IMG/VR virus record: IMGVR_UViG_3300029787_000002
Span: 1-64,000 of that record
Strand: one strand, 5' to 3'
From: a virus
DNA length: 64,000 nucleotides
Under the pieces are notes generated by a model. It was not told the origin of the DNA. It did no database searches and was given only the letters and a program-made list of their open reading frames with translations. The position numbers were made by a program, and so were the translations under genes. Of this stretch, positions 48,799 to 57,948 are shown piece after piece; position 1 is the first letter of the stretch, and every line of letters begins with the position of its first letter.

Positions 48799-49735
48799 TG
48801 ATTTTCTCTGGGTTGAGAAATACCGTCCTAAAATTATTGACGAGTGTATTCTACCCCAGAATGTGAAAGACACCTTCACTAACTTTGTAGAGCAGGGGGA
48901 GATTCCTAATCTTCTTCTCTCTGGCACAGCAGGTGTAGGTAAGACAACTATTGCGAAAGCACTTTGTAATGAACTAGGAGCAGACTCTTATGTCATCAAT
49001 GGATCTGATGAAGGTCGATTCTTGGACACTGTACGCAATCAGGCAAAATCCTTTGCTGCTACTGTGTCTCTTACTTCTTCTAGCAAGCACAAGATTCTTA
49101 TCATTGATGAAGCAGACAATACGACACCCGACGTACAACTACTCCTTAGGGCATCGATCGAAGAGTTTCAAAAGAACTGTCGTTTTATCTTTACCTGTAA
49201 CTTCAAGAACAAGATAATCGAACCCCTGCATAGTCGAACAACTGTTATCGACTTCAATGCTCGTGGTAAGATCAAACAAGAACTTGCTGCATCATTCTTT
49301 GAAAGATGTCGTGACATTCTTACTTCCGAGAAGGTTTCATTCTCCGACAAAGTTGTTGCTGAGGTTGTACAAAAATACTACCCAGACTTCCGACGTACTC
49401 TCAATGAACTTCAAAGGTATGCTTCATCAGGAAGTATTGACACTGGTATCCTAGCAATCCTAGGTGATGCCAAGATCGATACTCTTGTTGGTGCTATGAA
49501 AACCAAGAAGTTTAATGATGTAAAGAAATGGGTACAACAGAATCTAGATTCAGATCCTGCTGCTATCCTAAGACAGATCTACGATAATCTATCATCTATT
49601 ATGGATGGTCCTAGCACTGCAGCAGCAGTTCTAATTATTGCAGACTATCAATACAAATCTGCATTCGTAGCAGATCAAGAAATTAATCTGTTAGCATGTC
49701 TAACTCAACTTATGATGGAGTGTAATTTTAACTAA
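48791..49735 (+). CDS. gp44: clamp loader large subunit gp44
   Basis: LWVEKYRP, GTAGVGKTT, IIDEAD, PLHSR, PDFRR. Confidence 0.95.
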   Translation: MNDDFLWVEKYRPKIIDECILPQNVKDTFTNFVEQGEIPNLLLSGTAGVGKTTIAKALCNELGADSYVINGSDEGRFLDTVRNQAKSFAATVSLTSSSKHKILIIDEADNTTPDVQLLLRASIEEFQKNCRFIFTCNFKNKIIEPLHSRTTVIDFNARGKIKQELAASFFERCRDILTSEKVSFSDKVVAEVVQKYYPDFRRTLNELQRYASSGSIDTGILAILGDAKIDTLVGAMKTKKFNDVKKWVQQNLDSDPAAILRQIYDNLSSIMDGPSTAAAVLIIADYQYKSAFVADQEINLLACLTQLMMECNFN

Positions 49736-49974
49736 TGGGACCAGGAGAAATGCTCGCTATACGCGACCTAATCGCATCATGCCCACCAGTGTATACCCTA
49801 CCTGGAACTTGGACTAAGTGTAATGCAATCATCCCACATTACAATGCAGATCCAAACATTACTCTTGCTATCAGTGTAGGAGTTATCGTAGCACTTTTTA
49901 CCTTCTATGGTGTCTACCGAGGATTTTTTGCAAACGAAGGACTAGACGACCCATTTGACGATCATGACGACTAA
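49735..49974 (+). CDS. psbN: PsbN-like membrane protein with N-terminal extension
   Basis: DP..TLAISV...L.T.YGVY..F....L.DPFDDHDD matches the PsbN single TM plus DP(F/W)xxHxD C-terminus. Confidence 0.7.
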   Translation: MGPGEMLAIRDLIASCPPVYTLPGTWTKCNAIIPHYNADPNITLAISVGVIVALFTFYGVYRGFFANEGLDDPFDDHDD

Positions 49975-50221
49975 ACGAGACAAAGTACGACATCAAGTGA
50001 AAAGTAGATTCTACTATCTGTTCTGGGGCACTGCTACTGTTGCAGTTGTTGCAGGACAAGTTTATGTTGGAGCAGGTTACAGAATGTATTCAAGGAGTTT
50101 GAATAGGTTATTCAATTCTATTGATGCTGTTATTATTCCTCAACCAAAACCCAGAGGATACTATGCACCTTTAGTTCCACCACCTCCTACTGGAGATCCT
50201 GGTTACATTGAATGGTTGTAA
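49964..50221 (+). CDS. small membrane protein
   Basis: SRFYYLFWGTATVAVVAGQVYVG TM segment. Confidence 0.65.
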   Translation: MTTKRDKVRHQVKSRFYYLFWGTATVAVVAGQVYVGAGYRMYSRSLNRLFNSIDAVIIPQPKPRGYYAPLVPPPPTGDPGYIEWL

Positions 50222-51057
50222 TGACTGTAGCAACATCTTTAAAAACACCTCTTAGATATCCTGGTGGAAAATCTCGTGCTGTTAAAAAGATGGCACCATA
50301 CTTTCCTAATCTAAGTGAGTACACAGAGTATCGCGAACCATTCTTGGGTGGTGGTTCTGTTGCATTGTACGTTACACAACAATACCCTAACATTAGTATT
50401 TGGGTTAATGATTTGTATGAACCATTATATACATTTTGGAAACAGTTGCAGATCTCTGGAGACAAACTAACTAATGAACTCAAACAACTCAAATCAAGAT
50501 ACTCCGATCAGCAATCAGCACGAGGAATCTTCATTGAAGCACGAGAATACCTCAACCGAGAACTCTCTGACAGTGAACCCTTTTATCGTGCCATTAGTTT
50601 TTATGTTGTTAACAAGTGCTCTTTTTCTGGTCTCTCTGAGTCCTCATCCTTTTCTTCCCAAGCGTCCGACCAAAACTTTTCAATGCGAGGAATCGAAAAA
50701 CTCCCTTTCTATTCCCAACTCATCCAAAAGTGGCACATCACTAACTTGTCGTATGAGAAATTGATGACGGATGATGATACTGTATTCTTGTATCTGGATC
50801 CTCCATACTCTATCAAAGACAACCTGTATGGTAAGAAGGGTAGAATGCATAGTGGATTCTCTCATGAAACATTCCATAAAACTTGTGACAAGTATAAGGT
50901 AGATCAAATGATCTCTTACAACTCAGACAATCTAATCAAAGAACGTTTCCAAGGTTGGAAGGCACAAGAATACGATCACACATATACAATGAGATCGGTA
51001 GGTGATTACATGAAGGATCAAGAAAAAAGAAAAGAACTAATCCTATTAAATTATTAA
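50221..51057 (+). CDS. dam: DNA adenine methyltransferase (D12/Dam class)
   Basis: LRYPGGKS, EPFLGGGSV, WVND, YLDPPY. Confidence 0.92.
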   Translation: MTVATSLKTPLRYPGGKSRAVKKMAPYFPNLSEYTEYREPFLGGGSVALYVTQQYPNISIWVNDLYEPLYTFWKQLQISGDKLTNELKQLKSRYSDQQSARGIFIEAREYLNRELSDSEPFYRAISFYVVNKCSFSGLSESSSFSSQASDQNFSMRGIEKLPFYSQLIQKWHITNLSYEKLMTDDDTVFLYLDPPYSIKDNLYGKKGRMHSGFSHETFHKTCDKYKVDQMISYNSDNLIKERFQGWKAQEYDHTYTMRSVGDYMKDQEKRKELILLNY

Positions 51058-51058
51058 A

Positions 51059-51721
51059 ATGAACAAAGCACCATACAATCGAAGATCTATACACAAAGAT
51101 GTTTCACACCTACCTTTAGACCAGATTCAATATGCTATCACCCCTCCACTCTTGGAAGAGGAAATAGAACATTGCCGAAGGTCTGATGAGAAGAACCTTA
51201 CCAACTACGCAGGAAAAGTATGCGAAGATTTGGTAAAGTCTTACTGTGCAGAGAACAGATGGAATGTAGCAGAACCTGAGATTGATATGGGAATTGACTT
51301 GCTTATCAATAGAAGTAATAGGTGGGACAAAGTTCAAGTTAAGAAAGTTGTTTTCTGGGAAACTGACTATGGATTGATGACACAGAAGTTTCAGTTTCAA
51401 TCAGGTGGTATATCAAAGGATGTAAGATTACGTCATCGTCAATCAAGTCCTGATGACTTTGATTCATTCATTCATGTATTGTCAACTCCATATCGCCAAC
51501 TTATATTTGAGACTCCCGTAGATCAAATCCCTTTGAAAAAGGATGGTACTTTTATACAATCAAGAGGGACAGTTATTACTCAGAATTATAAGAAAGCACC
51601 GAAGGGGTATGTTGATTGGGGACAAAATATGGTAAGATGTTTATACCATCCTAAATTGTTTCTAACCTTCCCTGAGTTCTGGAACACAAGAGATAGCAAT
51701 CTTTCAACTTTATTATCATGA
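51059..51721 (+). CDS. putative PD-(D/E)XK endonuclease
   Basis: G...E..V...EP.IDMGIDLLI...KVQVKK catalytic-like pattern. Confidence 0.55.
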   Translation: MNKAPYNRRSIHKDVSHLPLDQIQYAITPPLLEEEIEHCRRSDEKNLTNYAGKVCEDLVKSYCAENRWNVAEPEIDMGIDLLINRSNRWDKVQVKKVVFWETDYGLMTQKFQFQSGGISKDVRLRHRQSSPDDFDSFIHVLSTPYRQLIFETPVDQIPLKKDGTFIQSRGTVITQNYKKAPKGYVDWGQNMVRCLYHPKLFLTFPEFWNTRDSNLSTLLS

Positions 51722-52122
51722 AATACGATGACAGATATCCTCTAAAGGATTATCTAAACTCTATCAATCTCAACAAAGAGGACTTGATGGACGGTGAAGA
51801 TCCTACATGGGAAAAGAAGTACCCTGCTTTCATTATTAATAAATGCATGTCTCATCATATGGACACAGTTCTATATGCTAACGAGATGAATATGTATCCA
51901 AACTTACCTAATCGTATGCAGTATGATTTTTTTATACATATAGTACGACCCCGAAAGAGATTCTCTCCTTGGGGAAAGAAGGAAAAGGTGAATGATCTTG
52001 AACTTGTCAAGGAATACTATGGTTATAGTAATGAAAAGGCAAAACAAGCATTGCGTATCCTATCTCCTAATCATCTAGACTACATTAAAGACAAACTGAA
52101 CAAAGGGGGTAAGAAAAGATGA
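51718..52122 (+). CDS. gp62: clamp loader small subunit gp62
   Basis: LKDYLNSIN; ANEMN; RKRFSPW; VKEYYGYS.EKA. Confidence 0.92.
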   Translation: MKYDDRYPLKDYLNSINLNKEDLMDGEDPTWEKKYPAFIINKCMSHHMDTVLYANEMNMYPNLPNRMQYDFFIHIVRPRKRFSPWGKKEKVNDLELVKEYYGYSNEKAKQALRILSPNHLDYIKDKLNKGGKKR

Positions 52123-52541
52123 GTGAAGGTAATGAAGTCCAATGGACTAAAGAGAATATGATTGAAGTGAACCTCAAGGAACCTGACGATTTCTTGAAAG
52201 TTCGCGAAACACTTACCCGTATTGGAGTTGCCTCCCGTAAGGAAAAGAAACTGTATCAGTCCTGCCACATTCTACATAAAAAAGGACAATACTATATCGT
52301 ACATTTTAAAGAACTATTTGCATTAGACGGAAAGAAAGCAAACTTATCAGACAACGATGTACAAAGACGAAACAGAATAATCAAACTATTATCTGATTGG
52401 GGTCTAGTCGAGATTGTAAAGGAAGACAGCATTAAAGGTGTAGCACCACTAAGTCAAATCAAAGTTATTGCATACAAAGAAAAGGGGGACTGGACACTAG
52501 AGTCTAAATACAATATCGGAAAGAAACGCACTACAGAATGA
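52119..52541 (+). CDS. regA: translational repressor RegA
   Basis: DDFLKVRETLTRIG; LYQSCHILHK.G.YYIVHFKELF. Confidence 0.96.
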   Translation: MSEGNEVQWTKENMIEVNLKEPDDFLKVRETLTRIGVASRKEKKLYQSCHILHKKGQYYIVHFKELFALDGKKANLSDNDVQRRNRIIKLLSDWGLVEIVKEDSIKGVAPLSQIKVIAYKEKGDWTLESKYNIGKKRTTE

Positions 52542-53188
52542 GCGACTTTAATTATCATGTCCAGTGGTTTAAAAGTCCTGGATACCTACTAGCAGAGGTT
52601 CCCCCTGCAGTAGTTGAAGAATTACAGCATAGCATCAACACAGTCTCTAAGACCCCTGAGACGGACGCTAGAGGCATTCTGAGAGGGCATATAGAAGAAG
52701 AGTGGACTTTACCCCTATCTAAGGAGATAAGTGGGTTCACTCGCTGCCTTTCATACGAATATATCAAGCAGTTTGGTTTCCAACCTGCTATGGGTGTAGC
52801 AGAGACGATGAGAGAAATCAATGAGTGTGACTTTAAACTACAAAGACTTTGGGTAAACTTTCAAAGTAAATACGACTTCAACCCTCTGCATATACACAGT
52901 GGGTTATTTTCGTTTGTGATTTGGGTACAAGTTCCATACGACCTAGAAGAAGAGAGAAGGAGATATAAGACAAATGGAAATGAGACTGCAGCATTCATGT
53001 TCCAGTACAACACAGCACTAGGTGGACTAGATACAGAATACCTTTACATAGATAAAACTTGGGAATGGAAGATAGCATTCTTCCCTGCACGCCTTAATCA
53101 CGGTGTTAATCCGTTTTATACTACAGATGATCACCGCATCTCAATAAGTGGAAATCTTTATGTTATAGATAATAATACAATAGAATAA
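52538..53188 (+). CDS. putative 2OG-Fe(II) oxygenase
   Basis: WVNFQ...FNPLHIH.G.FSFV; FFPA.L.H.V.P; RISISGN. Confidence 0.8.
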   Translation: MSDFNYHVQWFKSPGYLLAEVPPAVVEELQHSINTVSKTPETDARGILRGHIEEEWTLPLSKEISGFTRCLSYEYIKQFGFQPAMGVAETMREINECDFKLQRLWVNFQSKYDFNPLHIHSGLFSFVIWVQVPYDLEEERRRYKTNGNETAAFMFQYNTALGGLDTEYLYIDKTWEWKIAFFPARLNHGVNPFYTTDDHRISISGNLYVIDNNTIE

Positions 53189-53193
53189 TTATC

Positions 53194-53607
53194 ATGGCAG
53201 ATGCAGTTAAAAAAGAAGACCCTAAGAAGGGTATCTTAGGTAAACTTAAAGAAGCAGCAGAGGATAAAGAGGAGCAACTTGCTATCCTTTCTACCTTTGT
53301 GCGACTTGGAATTTTGATTTGGTCTGGTGGAATCTTAACATTAGCGTATGTTGATCTACCACCTGCATTGAAAATTCCTAAACAGGACATGGATCCAACT
53401 TTCATAGCTTCGGTCTTCACAGGAGTCGTAGCTACCTTCGGTGTCCAAGCGGGAGGTAAGAAAAAGAATGGTGATGGTGGTGGTAGTGCAAACATATCTA
53501 AAAAAGATATGGAGTTTCTTATCGCTAAGGCATCAGAGACTGCTCCTGCTCAAACTATAAGGATCGAACAAGGTCCTGTAAAAATTGTCCCTTCTGATAC
53601 TAAGTAA
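53194..53607 (+). CDS. two-TM membrane protein
   Basis: VRLGILIWSGGILTLAYV and DPTFIASVFTGVVATFGV. Confidence 0.75.
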   Translation: MADAVKKEDPKKGILGKLKEAAEDKEEQLAILSTFVRLGILIWSGGILTLAYVDLPPALKIPKQDMDPTFIASVFTGVVATFGVQAGGKKKNGDGGGSANISKKDMEFLIAKASETAPAQTIRIEQGPVKIVPSDTK

Positions 53608-53612
53608 TCATC

Positions 53613-53849
53613 ATGCAAAAAATTATTAACGTTCTTGCCCTCGCATCATTCACTGTTTCTATTTCCGCTGTTGGTGGTGCTGTGTATGTGTATACACAGA
53701 AAGATGCCATCATCGAAGATCTAAAAGAGAAAGCGTTAGGTTCTTTAGGTGCAGGAATCTCTTCAGCACTCCCTAATGTAGTCGAAGGTATCATGCCTGA
53801 GACAACAGGACCTGCTATCCCAGATGTTAAATTGCCTTCAATGCCATGA
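53613..53849 (+). CDS. small N-terminally anchored membrane protein
   Basis: IINVLALASFTVSISAVGGAVYVY; Pro-rich tail. Confidence 0.7.
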   Translation: MQKIINVLALASFTVSISAVGGAVYVYTQKDAIIEDLKEKALGSLGAGISSALPNVVEGIMPETTGPAIPDVKLPSMP

Positions 53850-54460
53850 ACACTAAATGGATATCAATCGGTATAATCGGTAGTTTGTTTGCTGCTTCTC
53901 ATATCGGTATGATTGGTATGCTTGCAACTAGAAATGGTTCCAAACTACCTGAGTTAAACATGCCTGTAGGACCTTATACTTCTTATGTTGCTACTGCAGA
54001 CGAAGATGGGTATAAGATCAGTTACAGTGCCAATGATCCTAAGACGATGCACATCACTAAGGACATTGTGAAACCTTCTGGGTTTCTCGGATTCGGGAAA
54101 ACCAAGACACAAGTTGTTGAAGAGTATGTCATGGACGGATCAACCAATCAAGGTGGACCTGTATCTAATGCTCGCTCATGGCAAGATGGTAGTGCAGGAG
54201 GTAAATCAGGAATCTCAAAAAAGTCTGTCGCGTGTATCGAGGCGGTCGGTGGTGGCAAGCAAACGGGACGTCTTGTCGGTACTAGTGTAGGTGCTGCTGT
54301 TGCTCCTGCTGTCACTGGAATCCCATTTGTTGGTTGGTTAGCAGCAGGTTGGATTGCTATGTTCGGTGGAGAACAAGGTTCAGAGATAGGTGGTAATATG
54401 GTTAATGATCTTAATGATGCATGTGAGGTAACTGAAGATGTCGGAGATACCAACGATTAG
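53846..54460 (+). CDS. membrane protein with C-terminal glycine zipper
   Basis: N-term TM; GRLVGTSVGAA...IPFVGWLAAG...GSEIGG flanked by two Cys. Confidence 0.75.
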   Translation: MNTKWISIGIIGSLFAASHIGMIGMLATRNGSKLPELNMPVGPYTSYVATADEDGYKISYSANDPKTMHITKDIVKPSGFLGFGKTKTQVVEEYVMDGSTNQGGPVSNARSWQDGSAGGKSGISKKSVACIEAVGGGKQTGRLVGTSVGAAVAPAVTGIPFVGWLAAGWIAMFGGEQGSEIGGNMVNDLNDACEVTEDVGDTND

Positions 54461-55220
54461 GATTGACGGTGGTTCAATTAGAACCATCAATATCCGAAAC
54501 AATTTCATCAGTGATATACCGAAATGGTTAACATCGGATCCCCCTATGGCGATTCCGATATATCCTCCTGTCACTCAACAGATTGGTGTACCCATCATTG
54601 ACATTCCTGGATGTGTTGAGGCACATGAAAGTAGTGATAAGAATGATAATATTGTAGGTGACGATCCTAAAGGTGCGAAGATATTTTGTGATGCAGGTTT
54701 ACCTTCATTCAATCCTATTGATTACTCACCAGAACAGTTACAGTATGAAATGCAGGCACCAGTTCCACCTGTAGCACCTCCTCCAGATGATGTAGAAACT
54801 GATACTGATATACCTCCAGTCAAACCTCCACCTACTGAGTGCCCTGGACCTAATCAACCTAGAGTTGGTGACCTAACAGCAAGTGGAGATGAAAGAGTTA
54901 TTGGTCACGAACTAAGTGAAGATGGTAAAATCTGTGTAATATTATATGAAGATACAACTGCAGTTGAAAAATTTCTACCAACTGCAAATCAAGTTAGCAC
55001 TACTGCATCAATTGCTGTAGTAGCTACCGCTGCTGCTGCAGCAACACCATTATTATTGAGAGTTGTTAAACCTATAGTCAAGCAAATTATTAAAAAGGTT
55101 CAAAAGTTACTAGGTAAAGAACCTCGTCAACCTACTAGAATTGAAGTTAAGGCAAACGCGATCCGTCAAAAGAGAGGGTTACCTCCTTTAAAAGTGAAGC
55201 ATCCGAAGAAACCTCGTTAG
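54438..55220 (+). CDS. Pro/acidic-rich protein with C-terminal TM and basic tail
   Basis: Four Cys; ASIAVVATAAAAATPLLL then K/R-rich tail. Confidence 0.75.
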   Translation: MSEIPTIRIDGGSIRTINIRNNFISDIPKWLTSDPPMAIPIYPPVTQQIGVPIIDIPGCVEAHESSDKNDNIVGDDPKGAKIFCDAGLPSFNPIDYSPEQLQYEMQAPVPPVAPPPDDVETDTDIPPVKPPPTECPGPNQPRVGDLTASGDERVIGHELSEDGKICVILYEDTTAVEKFLPTANQVSTTASIAVVATAAAAATPLLLRVVKPIVKQIIKKVQKLLGKEPRQPTRIEVKANAIRQKRGLPPLKVKHPKKPR

Positions 55221-56016
55221 GTGTAATCTTATGAACGTGGGGTTTAATAGTATTAACACCTTGTACTACCACGTCAGCACACACAGAATAATAAGGTGAC
55301 TTTGGATGGAAGGATATACCCTCTTTCATTAATGAACCGCAATTTTTCAATCTCGCGATCTCAAAATCCAAGCGTTTATTAGCATTCATCTGATTCATCA
55401 ATGCGATGTTTGATGCTGCTGCTTCTTTACATAGTTTCTGCAGTTTCTTATCCATGGGGTTAGACCATGTAGCAGACACACCTATACTTAAATTATAATT
55501 ATCTTTCTGTCCTGTTCTTGTTGGAACAAAATATAAAATCTCTCCTGGATTATCGGGCACTCCATTATCATCTGCGTCTAACATATTGTAGACTGGAGAA
55601 TCCCAGTATTGTTCGTTTGGTTTTTGTGCTGATGCACTACCTGTAATGTATGGCGTGACATTCATAGTCGGTCCTTGACATTGAATGCCATTACCATAAG
55701 TGTTAGTTATATATGGACCTTGTAAAACCTGAATAGCTTGATTGGTCACTGAGCCTGAACTATTCGCAACGGGAGCAGCAGTTGCACTTACACCACCAAC
55801 AGTCTCTGCGTTAACAGAAGGCATAAACCCAGTCATAGCAAGGGATGTTGCTACTGGGAGAAGATACTTGTGGTATCTGTTACGCTTGTAACCTCGGTAG
55901 TCCTCTGGATTACCGTGTGATTTGAAAGACCTGGGGATTGATAGGTCTCTGTGAACTGAAACGCTGCCCCTGGTGTTGTCTGTGTGAACGTTGGTTTCGT
56001 TCCTATTCCTGTCCAT
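55147..56016 (-). CDS. exported beta-strand/Cys protein (possible outer-membrane oligomer)
   Basis: AAGGAG before ATG 56016; hydrophobic/signal segment ending VNA-E; NYNLSIGVSATWSNP strand; four Cys. Confidence 0.7.
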   Translation of the reverse strand: MDRNRNETNVHTDNTRGSVSVHRDLSIPRSFKSHGNPEDYRGYKRNRYHKYLLPVATSLAMTGFMPSVNAETVGGVSATAAPVANSSGSVTNQAIQVLQGPYITNTYGNGIQCQGPTMNVTPYITGSASAQKPNEQYWDSPVYNMLDADDNGVPDNPGEILYFVPTRTGQKDNYNLSIGVSATWSNPMDKKLQKLCKEAAASNIALMNQMNANKRLDFEIARLKNCGSLMKEGISFHPKSPYYSVCADVVVQGVNTIKPHVHKITPNEVSSDASLLKEVTLSFDGSRLP

Positions 56017-56303
56017 GTCGAAGTCACTCCTTCAATAATTACGTTTGATTTCTCAGTGGTAGGGGATAGATTACCACTTGCAGATACGCCTGAACCAGTT
56101 ACCGAAAATTGATACCCAGTATTGTAGTCCATCGAATTGATGGTTTCTGTCACTTTTGATGTCGTTTCCGTGTGAGAAGTCATTGATCCCTGTTGGAAAT
56201 TTGGCACCACGGGGACAGCAATCGCAGGCGTAGTACTTACCAAAGTAATAACCGCACCTAGGACATATGTCCTCCTTGCTAATATATATGAAAGGTTCTG
56301 CAT
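55851..56303 (-). CDS. exported Thr-rich beta protein
   Basis: Signal peptide ending AIA-VPVVPNF; GGAG SD. Confidence 0.75.
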   Translation of the reverse strand: MQNLSYILARRTYVLGAVITLVSTTPAIAVPVVPNFQQGSMTSHTETTSKVTETINSMDYNTGYQFSVTGSGVSASGNLSPTTEKSNVIIEGVTSTWTGIGTKPTFTQTTPGAAFQFTETYQSPGLSNHTVIQRTTEVTSVTDTTSIFSQ

Positions 56304-56325
56304 GGTAATCTTTCTCCACTAAACT

Positions 56326-56874
56326 TTAGTCAAAGACAGAGATTTCACTAACAAATTGACCAGTAGTTGTAGTACCTGCTAGACCTGTACCTGTTAGAGT
56401 AACAGCGTGTCCGTTGGTAACAGTACCTGGTGCATTAGCAGACGCTGATACACTACCTGCAGTGTAGTGAACTTGATTACCAAACGTTGCTTCATCAGCA
56501 CCTGATCCTCCAACATCACCTTGTGTGAATGACTGACTGAAATTGAATGATCCTGAACATGCTAGGTCACTTCCTGAACTTGATCCTGTGCATCCATTTT
56601 GAACACCAGTAATTGCTCCAACTGTTCCAACACCCGTAGTAGCACTATAGGAGTTAATGCCAATACCACCATCTACAGCACTACCACCTGTTGGTGTATG
56701 TGTTGTGACTACATTCGTACCAGAGATTGAGAAAGCATTACCAACTCTATTGTAAGATTTGTACCCTGCTTCCACCGTATGTTGTAAACTAGACTGATGT
56801 TTACTAACTATTCCACCCGCATGAGCAGGAATTCCTGCCATGAGTAACATAACCAGAGGTAAAATTTTCTTCAT
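56326..56874 (-). CDS. exported Gly/Ser/Thr-rich beta protein
   Basis: Sec signal MKKILPLVMLLMAGIPAHA. Confidence 0.8.
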   Translation of the reverse strand: MKKILPLVMLLMAGIPAHAGGIVSKHQSSLQHTVEAGYKSYNRVGNAFSISGTNVVTTHTPTGGSAVDGGIGINSYSATTGVGTVGAITGVQNGCTGSSSGSDLACSGSFNFSQSFTQGDVGGSGADEATFGNQVHYTAGSVSASANAPGTVTNGHAVTLTGTGLAGTTTTGQFVSEISVFD

Positions 56875-56979
56875 TTTTACTCATGATTGAGATCTACCAC
56901 TATATAGGTTAGGTATTTCCTACAAAAGGGTTCGGACTGTACACTATCAGTTAGGGACTGGAATGTAGTTAAATATAAC

Positions 56980-57026
56980 TGTGATGCTTCGGGTCACACA
57001 TTCACACTCGCTTAATAAGGAGCACT
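56980..57026 (+). promoter_or_regulatory. two-hairpin 5' UTR, ROSE-like RNA thermometer candidate
   Basis: cUUCGg hairpin, then CUCGCUU-AAU-AAGGAG pairing the SD with a bulged G. Confidence 0.55.
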
Positions 57027-57476
57027 ATGACAAACTTACAAAAATGGTCCTCGAAGGACGTTAATGCAATTTTTGATGCAGCAAACCGCTACAGTGTAGG
57101 ACTAGATGATTTGTTCTACAGACTGCATTCATACGGAGCAGGATCTCCAGGTGGAGCATACCCTCCATACAATATCGTCAAAGAATCAAATGTTAAATGG
57201 CGTATTGAACTAGCACTAGCAGGATGGAAGAAAGAAGATATTGAAGTTACTACTGAATCTAACATTATGATTGTCAAATCAAAATGCCAAGAAGAAGCAC
57301 CAGATCAAGAACAATATCTACACAAAGGTGTGGCAGGTAGATCTTTCACACGAGGGTTCAACTTATCCGACGATGTAGAGATCGGTGAAGTTGCGTTTAA
57401 TAATGGTTTGCTAACAATCGAGTTAAAGAAAGTTATACCTGAACATCAAAAACTCAAGTCATACACTATCTCTTGA
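57027..57476 (+). CDS. hsp20: small heat shock protein
   Basis: YPPYNI, IELALAG, YLHKG...RSF.R.F.L, NGLLTIEL...PE. Confidence 0.95.
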   Translation: MTNLQKWSSKDVNAIFDAANRYSVGLDDLFYRLHSYGAGSPGGAYPPYNIVKESNVKWRIELALAGWKKEDIEVTTESNIMIVKSKCQEEAPDQEQYLHKGVAGRSFTRGFNLSDDVEIGEVAFNNGLLTIELKKVIPEHQKLKSYTIS

Positions 57477-57480
57477 AAAC

Positions 57481-57499
57481 CTTAAACTGACCTTTACCC
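57481..57499 (+). promoter_or_regulatory. Pho box
   Basis: CTTAAACT-gac-CTTTACCC with 11-bp period upstream of pstS unit. Confidence 0.55.
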
Positions 57500-57577
57500 A
57501 AAACTATGGGCAACTGTGCTATATTACATAGGTGTTCTGATATACCAGAATACCTTGTAAATTTACACAAAAAACAA

Positions 57578-57937
57578 ATGAAAGCATTCGCAGTTGCCCT
57601 GCTCGGTTTGGCGATCTCCGCCCCCGTCATGGCAGGTCCATACGTTGAGTCCAAACACGAGTTCAAAGGGACTGATGAAGACTACAGTAAGGCAGTCCAC
57701 CAAGGACGTGTCGGTTATTCAACCAAGTCAGGTCGTTTCTCTCCATATATTGAAGGTGGTTTTGGTGTTTCCGTTCCTGAGAGTGGGGATAATGAAACAT
57801 TCAAAGTTATTGAAGTTGGTAGTAAAGTAAAGATCACTGACAAGTTCGGTGCTTATGGTAAGTGGGAGAACAAATTCCAAGATAGCGATGACACTCGCGA
57901 TTGGAAGTTTGAAGTTGGCACCAAGTACAAATTCTAA
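57578..57937 (+). CDS. small outer-membrane beta-barrel-like protein associated with pstS
   Basis: Signal peptide ..APVMA-GPYVE; alternating strands; C-terminal GTKYKF. Confidence 0.75.
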   Translation: MKAFAVALLGLAISAPVMAGPYVESKHEFKGTDEDYSKAVHQGRVGYSTKSGRFSPYIEGGFGVSVPESGDNETFKVIEVGSKVKITDKFGAYGKWENKFQDSDDTRDWKFEVGTKYKF

Positions 57938-57948
57938 GGGATTGACCA

